Assembly: GCA_963741945.1 (NCBI GenBank)
Contig: CAVUKA010000001.1
Location: forward strand, 1,120,001 to 1,184,000
Length of the DNA stretch: 64,000 nt
Origin: an uncultured Gemmatimonadales bacterium
GTDB lineage: Bacteria; Gemmatimonadota; Gemmatimonadetes; Longimicrobiales; RSA9
Reading direction: 5' to 3'
Each line of letters opens with the position of its first letter. Positions within the stretch are counted from its first letter, which is position 1. Made by a program: the position numbers and the translations under genes. Positions 59,543 through 64,000 of the stretch are shown piece by piece. The notes under the pieces are model-generated. The model saw only the letters and a list, made by a program, of their open reading frames with translations. It was not told the origin of the DNA and made no database searches.

Positions 59543-60877
59543 TCAGAACAGCCCCGCCACGAGCTCGGCGTTGCGCCTGGCGGCGCCGGTGCGCGATTCC
59601 ACGAACGCCCGCGCCCGCTCGCCCGATGCCCGCGTCGTCGCGGGATCCGCCAGCAGATCGCGCAGGCGCGCCTCGAGGGCGGCCGCGGTGTTCACCACCC
59701 GCGCCCCCCCGGCCTTCGCCAGTCCCACCGCTTCCGACGCGTTCCCGTGCGCGGGGCCGAACAGAACCAGGACGCCGAGCGCCGCCGGCTCCACCACCGA
59801 ATGCAGGCCGGCCTTCCCGAACCCGCCCCCCACGTACGCCGCGTCGGCCAGGGCGTACAGATCGGCGAGGACGCCCATCCGGTCCACGACCACCACTTCA
59901 GGCGCCGGCCGACCGCTCGCCACGACCGCGCTCAGGCGGGCGTGGTCCAGCCGATGCCGCTGGAGGCGCTCTTCGAGCTGCCGCAGGTGCGCGCGCGACG
60001 GCTCGTGGGGCGCAATGACCAGCCGCAGCGGGTGCTCGCGCCGGAGCACGGACACGCCGGGGAGCAGGACCTTCTCGTCCTCGGCCCACGTGGACCCGGC
60101 GACCAGCGTGAAGACGGACGGATCGTCCAGCTTCCGCCAGATCGGCCGGATCTCCGCCGGCACGCGCTCTGCCGCGCTCTCCTGCCCGCGCAGCCCGGCC
60201 AGCCCGCGCGCCTCGATCCGGCGGAACACCTGATCGAAGCGGGCGTCGCCGGTCACCGTGATCCGCCCGGGCGGTACTCCCAGGCGCTCGTAACGCTGGG
60301 CGCACGCATCGTTCGCAGCACCGACCCGCTCCAGGCGACGATACACGGCTTCCAGGAACGCGCGACCCAGCCAGCTCAGGCGCCCCGAGTCCTCCGCCAG
60401 CACGGCGTTCACCAGCGCCATGCGCGCGCCCGCCTGGGCCGCTTCCCGCGTCACCACGGGCCACACCTCCGTGCGGACGAACGCGATGGCCGACGGGCGG
60501 AGCAGCCCCAGGACCTCCCGCACCGGCTTGCGCGTGTCCCAGGGGATGTAGCCCCAGACGTCGGCCCCCACCTCTCCCACCATCCGCTCCGCCGACGGCG
60601 AGAAATGGGTGAACGCGATCTGCGCCTCGGGACGGAGGTCGCGGAGCTCCGCGATGATCGCCTGCGCCATCAGGCTCTCGCCCACCGACGGGGCGTGGAA
60701 CCAGACCAGCGGGCGGGCGCGGTCGCGCTCCGAAGCGCCCCACGCACGGAACCGGTTCAGCGACTCCTTCCGGCCGCGAACCCCGCGCGTGGCCTTCGCG
60801 TGCAGCGGCGAGGCTGCCCGGATCAGCGGCCCGACCGCGGCCAGCGCCCCTTCGTACAGGTTCTCAGGCAGTGACAC
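59543..60877 (-). CDS. waaA: Kdo transferase
   Basis: WFHAPSVGE, TEVWP, TGDARFD, AGST, IAPH, YVGGGF, HSVVEPA. Confidence 0.88.
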   Translation of the reverse strand: MSLPENLYEGALAAVGPLIRAASPLHAKATRGVRGRKESLNRFRAWGASERDRARPLVWFHAPSVGESLMAQAIIAELRDLRPEAQIAFTHFSPSAERMVGEVGADVWGYIPWDTRKPVREVLGLLRPSAIAFVRTEVWPVVTREAAQAGARMALVNAVLAEDSGRLSWLGRAFLEAVYRRLERVGAANDACAQRYERLGVPPGRITVTGDARFDQVFRRIEARGLAGLRGQESAAERVPAEIRPIWRKLDDPSVFTLVAGSTWAEDEKVLLPGVSVLRREHPLRLVIAPHEPSRAHLRQLEERLQRHRLDHARLSAVVASGRPAPEVVVVDRMGVLADLYALADAAYVGGGFGKAGLHSVVEPAALGVLVLFGPAHGNASEAVGLAKAGGARVVNTAAALEARLRDLLADPATTRASGERARAFVESRTGAARRNAELVAGLF

Positions 60878-60936
60878 GGTCCCGACTCCACCGGCGCCTC
60901 TCCATCCGCTTCACCCGCGCCACCCCTCTCCCCGGC

Positions 60937-61134
60937 TCACCCGGGCGTGAATTCCCGCGCGTCCGGATCCGCCTGGACCCGGACCTCCGCAAGCTCCGCC
61001 GTCGCGGCCACGCTCTCGGACATACGCTCCGCCGCGGCAAGGAGCGCGCCCCGGAGGTCGGGGGCCTCCACGTCGATTATCTCATAGAGCGCCCTCGGCG
61101 CCCCGTGTCGGATCGTGACTCTGTAGCTCGGCAT
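60937..61134 (-). CDS. Small hypothetical protein (65 aa)
   Basis: MPSYRVTIRHG...AELAEVRVQADPDAREFTPG; typical codon usage. Confidence 0.6.
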   Translation of the reverse strand: MPSYRVTIRHGAPRALYEIIDVEAPDLRGALLAAAERMSESVAATAELAEVRVQADPDAREFTPG

Positions 61135-61310
61135 GATCGTTCGAGTGGGGGACCGCGCGTATTGTCGCGCCCGCCCGGGCGGGAGGCAACGCCCTCCGCA
61201 CCAGCGTCCACACCAGATCCACTCCGTGCCCGTAGCGGGCCCGCCTCCGCGCGTCCCGATGGCGCCGGCCGCCGGAAGCCGCCACTTTGTGTCCCGACCC
61301 GGCACGTCAC

Positions 61311-62402
61311 ATGGACAGGGCCGCCGTGCGATACATCGGCAACAAGACCAAGCTGCTCTCCTTCATCGAGGGGCGCGTCCGCCGCCGCGGGATCACGGGC
61401 ACGGCGGTGGACCCGTTCAGCGGCACGGCGAGCGTGGCGCAGCACCTGAAGCGCATGGGCTTCCGGGTCACGGCGTCGGACATCATGACGTACGGCTACG
61501 TTTTCGCGCGCGCGTACGTCGAGGCCTGGGCGCTCCCCGCGGCGCCGGGGCTGTCGGACGAGGTGCTCGCCGTGGAAGGTCGGGACGCGCCGTCGCTCGG
61601 CGACGTCGTCGCCTACCTGAACGGGCTCGACCCGCTCCCGGACTTCGTCCACCGCCACTACTCCCCGGCGGGGCAGGCGGCGAGGGAGCACGGCCGGATG
61701 TACTTCACGCCGTCGAACGCGGCGAGGATCGACCACATCCGGAACCGGATCGAGGAGTGGCGACGCGCGGCTCGCATCGACGACGACCTCTTCCACCTCC
61801 TCCTGGCGGCGCTCATCGAGGCGGCGGACCGGGTGGCGAACACCACGGGGGTGTACGCGGCGTTCGTGAAGAGCTGGCAGCCGAACGCGCGCAGGCCGCT
61901 GGAGCTGCGGCCGCCGGAGATCGTGGAAGGGAACGGCTGCCGTGCGGAGCGGAAGGACGCGCTGGATCTCGTCGCCGGGCTGGAGCCGTTCGACCTGCTC
62001 TACCTCGACCCGCCGTACAACAACCGGCAGTACCCCGGCTACTACCACATTCCCGAGCTGATCGCGGAGGGGTGGTTCGATGGCGAGCCGGAGCTGCGCG
62101 GGAAGACGGGGCTGCTCCCGGACGCGGACAAGCGCAGCGACTGGTCGCGCGCCGGGAAGTGTGAGGCCGCGTTCGAGGCGCTGGTGGCCACCGCGCCGTG
62201 GCGGCACCTGGTCATGAGCTACAACGACGAGGGGATCATCCCCGGACCCACCATCGAGCGCGTGCTGACGCACCACGGCGACGCCGCCACCTACCGCCGC
62301 TACCACCGCAGCTACAAGCGCTACCGGTCCGACTCGGACTCCGAGCAGCGGAGCTACAAGTCGGACCGGACCTACGAGTACCTGTACTGCGTCAGCCGGT
62401 AG
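61311..62402 (+). CDS. DNA adenine methyltransferase (D12/Dam class, M.NlaIII/M.FokI-like)
   Basis: RYIGNKTKLL, DPFSGTASV, YFT..NA..ID, VANT.GVY.AF, LYLDPPYN.RQY, SYN.EG; start 61311 or GTG 61326. Confidence 0.9.
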   Translation: MDRAAVRYIGNKTKLLSFIEGRVRRRGITGTAVDPFSGTASVAQHLKRMGFRVTASDIMTYGYVFARAYVEAWALPAAPGLSDEVLAVEGRDAPSLGDVVAYLNGLDPLPDFVHRHYSPAGQAAREHGRMYFTPSNAARIDHIRNRIEEWRRAARIDDDLFHLLLAALIEAADRVANTTGVYAAFVKSWQPNARRPLELRPPEIVEGNGCRAERKDALDLVAGLEPFDLLYLDPPYNNRQYPGYYHIPELIAEGWFDGEPELRGKTGLLPDADKRSDWSRAGKCEAAFEALVATAPWRHLVMSYNDEGIIPGPTIERVLTHHGDAATYRRYHRSYKRYRSDSDSEQRSYKSDRTYEYLYCVSR

Positions 62403-62462
62403 CGCGCGCCCCCTGGCGGCCGCTGCCCGGCCCGCCGACCGGTGCTGTGGCCCTCGCGCCGG

Positions 62463-64000
62463 CTACTGCACCTCGAACTTGATGTCCAGCGCGATCCAGA
62501 CGGGGACCTTCTCGTTGCCGTTGTACGCCGGCGTGAACTCCGTGACGTCGGCCACCCTCAACGCCGCCTGGTCGAGGGCATCGTGACCGCTCGACTTGTT
62601 CACCTGCACCTTCTTCACGCGGCCGTCCGTGTCGATGAAGAACCAGACGTTCGTGGTGCCGCCGATCCCCGCGCCGCGGAGCTCCGGCGGGTAGTCCGCC
62701 ATCAGCGCCTGCCGGACCTCCGTGGCGTTCTCCAGCATCGGCCGCCGGGTCATGGGCGTGAACGCCGGGCCGGCCGCGATGTCGACGCGCTCGCCACCTT
62801 CAGCCTCGCCGGCGGGAGGCGCCGGAGCCTCCCCGGACGCAGCGGCCTCCACCCTGTCGCCGCCGAGAAGCCAGTCCTGGACCTGGATGTACTTCTCCGT
62901 GGCGTCGATCAGCTTCGGCACGTCCGCCGACGCGTGCGCCTTCTCGTAGCCGCGCGCCGCCTCGAACAGCTCGAGCGCGCCCTGGTACAGCGGCTTCGCC
63001 TCCGCCGCCGACCGGGCCGTCATCGGCGCGCCCACCTTCTGCGCCTGCTCGTACAGGATGTACGCCATCCAGAACGCCCGGGTCCGCTGGTCCTCCTCCG
63101 TCTTCGCCAGCATCCCGGCGTCGGCAAGGAGCTGGTACGCCTCGCTAAGCCGGCCCTTCTGGAACTCCTCACGGTACGCGTGGGCGAACAGCGCCCCGAA
63201 GTCGGAGAAGTCCGCCGCGGTCACCGCCGCCGCGGCGGCGGCCCCGGCCGCCCCGGCGTTCGGCTCCGCAGCGACGCCGGAGTCCGCCGGCGCCCCGGCG
63301 TCCACGCCCGGCGCCGTCGGCTCCACCGTCGTCTCCTTCGGCGCCTCGCACGAGAGCGCCAGCGCGAGGGTGAGGGCGGACGCCGCGCCCAGCGCCAGCG
63401 CCCGGAGCGTGCGGCGGCCCGTCGTCGTCCGAGTGATCATCCGGATCCTCCTCTCGAGCATCGATTTCGGTTCGGCCAGCCCCAGCGCGAACGCGGCCCG
63501 GCGCTGCCCCACCTCCAGGAGGAGCGAGCCGTAGCGGCGCGCGTCGCCGCCCCCCCGCAGCACGCGGGCGTCGCAGTCCAGCTCGAGCGCCAGCCGGAGC
63601 CGCCGCAGCTGCCACCACATCACGGGGTTCCACGGAACGAGCGCGCACACGAGCAGCGCCCCGAGCGCCAGGCGAGGATCGCCGGCACGCACGTGCTCCG
63701 CCTCGTGCCGCACCAGCAGGCGACGACGGTCGGGGTCCAGCTCCAGCGCCCATTCGGGCACCACAACCGCTCCTCGCCAGATGCCCACCGCCGCGGGCCC
63801 CACGCTCCTCGACAGGAGCACATCGACGCCATCCACCCGCCGGCGAGACCAGCCCCGGCGACGGCGCCCGAGATGCACGGCCGCCACCACGAGGACGACC
63901 ACCAGCGCGAGCGACGCCGCCGCCCACCCCATCAGCAGGAGGTCGCCCAGCGACGACCCCGATGATGCCGATGACGTCACCCGCATCGGCGCGATCGCCT
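62463..64000 (-). CDS. BlaR1/M56 peptidase with TonB C-terminal domain, 5' end outside window
   Basis: GPAAVG, HEAEH, PWNP, ELDCD, LERRI; YPP...GIGG, SSGH.ALD.AA, FTPA. Confidence 0.88.
   Translation of the reverse strand, partial: AIAPMRVTSSASSGSSLGDLLLMGWAAASLALVVVLVVAAVHLGRRRRGWSRRRVDGVDVLLSRSVGPAAVGIWRGAVVVPEWALELDPDRRRLLVRHEAEHVRAGDPRLALGALLVCALVPWNPVMWWQLRRLRLALELDCDARVLRGGGDARRYGSLLLEVGQRRAAFALGLAEPKSMLERRIRMITRTTTGRRTLRALALGAASALTLALALSCEAPKETTVEPTAPGVDAGAPADSGVAAEPNAGAAGAAAAAAVTAADFSDFGALFAHAYREEFQKGRLSEAYQLLADAGMLAKTEEDQRTRAFWMAYILYEQAQKVGAPMTARSAAEAKPLYQGALELFEAARGYEKAHASADVPKLIDATEKYIQVQDWLLGGDRVEAAASGEAPAPPAGEAEGGERVDIAAGPAFTPMTRRPMLENATEVRQALMADYPPELRGAGIGGTTNVWFFIDTDGRVKKVQVNKSSGHDALDQAALRVADVTEFTPAYNGNEKVPVWIALDIKFEVQ

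Overview
Very GC-rich bacterial chromosomal DNA. Gene content (lat, WaaA, BlaR1-TonB, PD40-M28-PDZ, compact his operon) suggests a Gram-negative organism, possibly Gemmatimonadota; this is inference. About 50 protein genes are supportable, mostly housekeeping or metabolic: lat (partial), dcp, CYP152, fumarase, cysK, uvrA, panE, a complete his operon, moeB/moaD, waaA and an orphan adenine methylase. No rRNA, tRNA, CRISPR, transposase or integrase was seen. Most interesting: (1) a tightly coupled minus-strand cluster, patatin - unknown protein - phage-type M15 endopeptidase - trehalase - sugar ABC importer, preceded by a protease, a structured leader/terminator and a TetR gene with two operators; (2) an unassigned ~290-nt structured RNA candidate behind a sigma70 promoter and a DnaA-box cluster; (3) a His6 leader-peptide attenuator and an in-frame HisD-HisC fusion; (4) a 119-bp palindrome around an AT-rich core, and a CGCGGAG repeat family at two loci. 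Two apparent 1-nt frameshifts (~34700, ~44500) may be assembly errors. All family calls come from motif recognition, not database searches.
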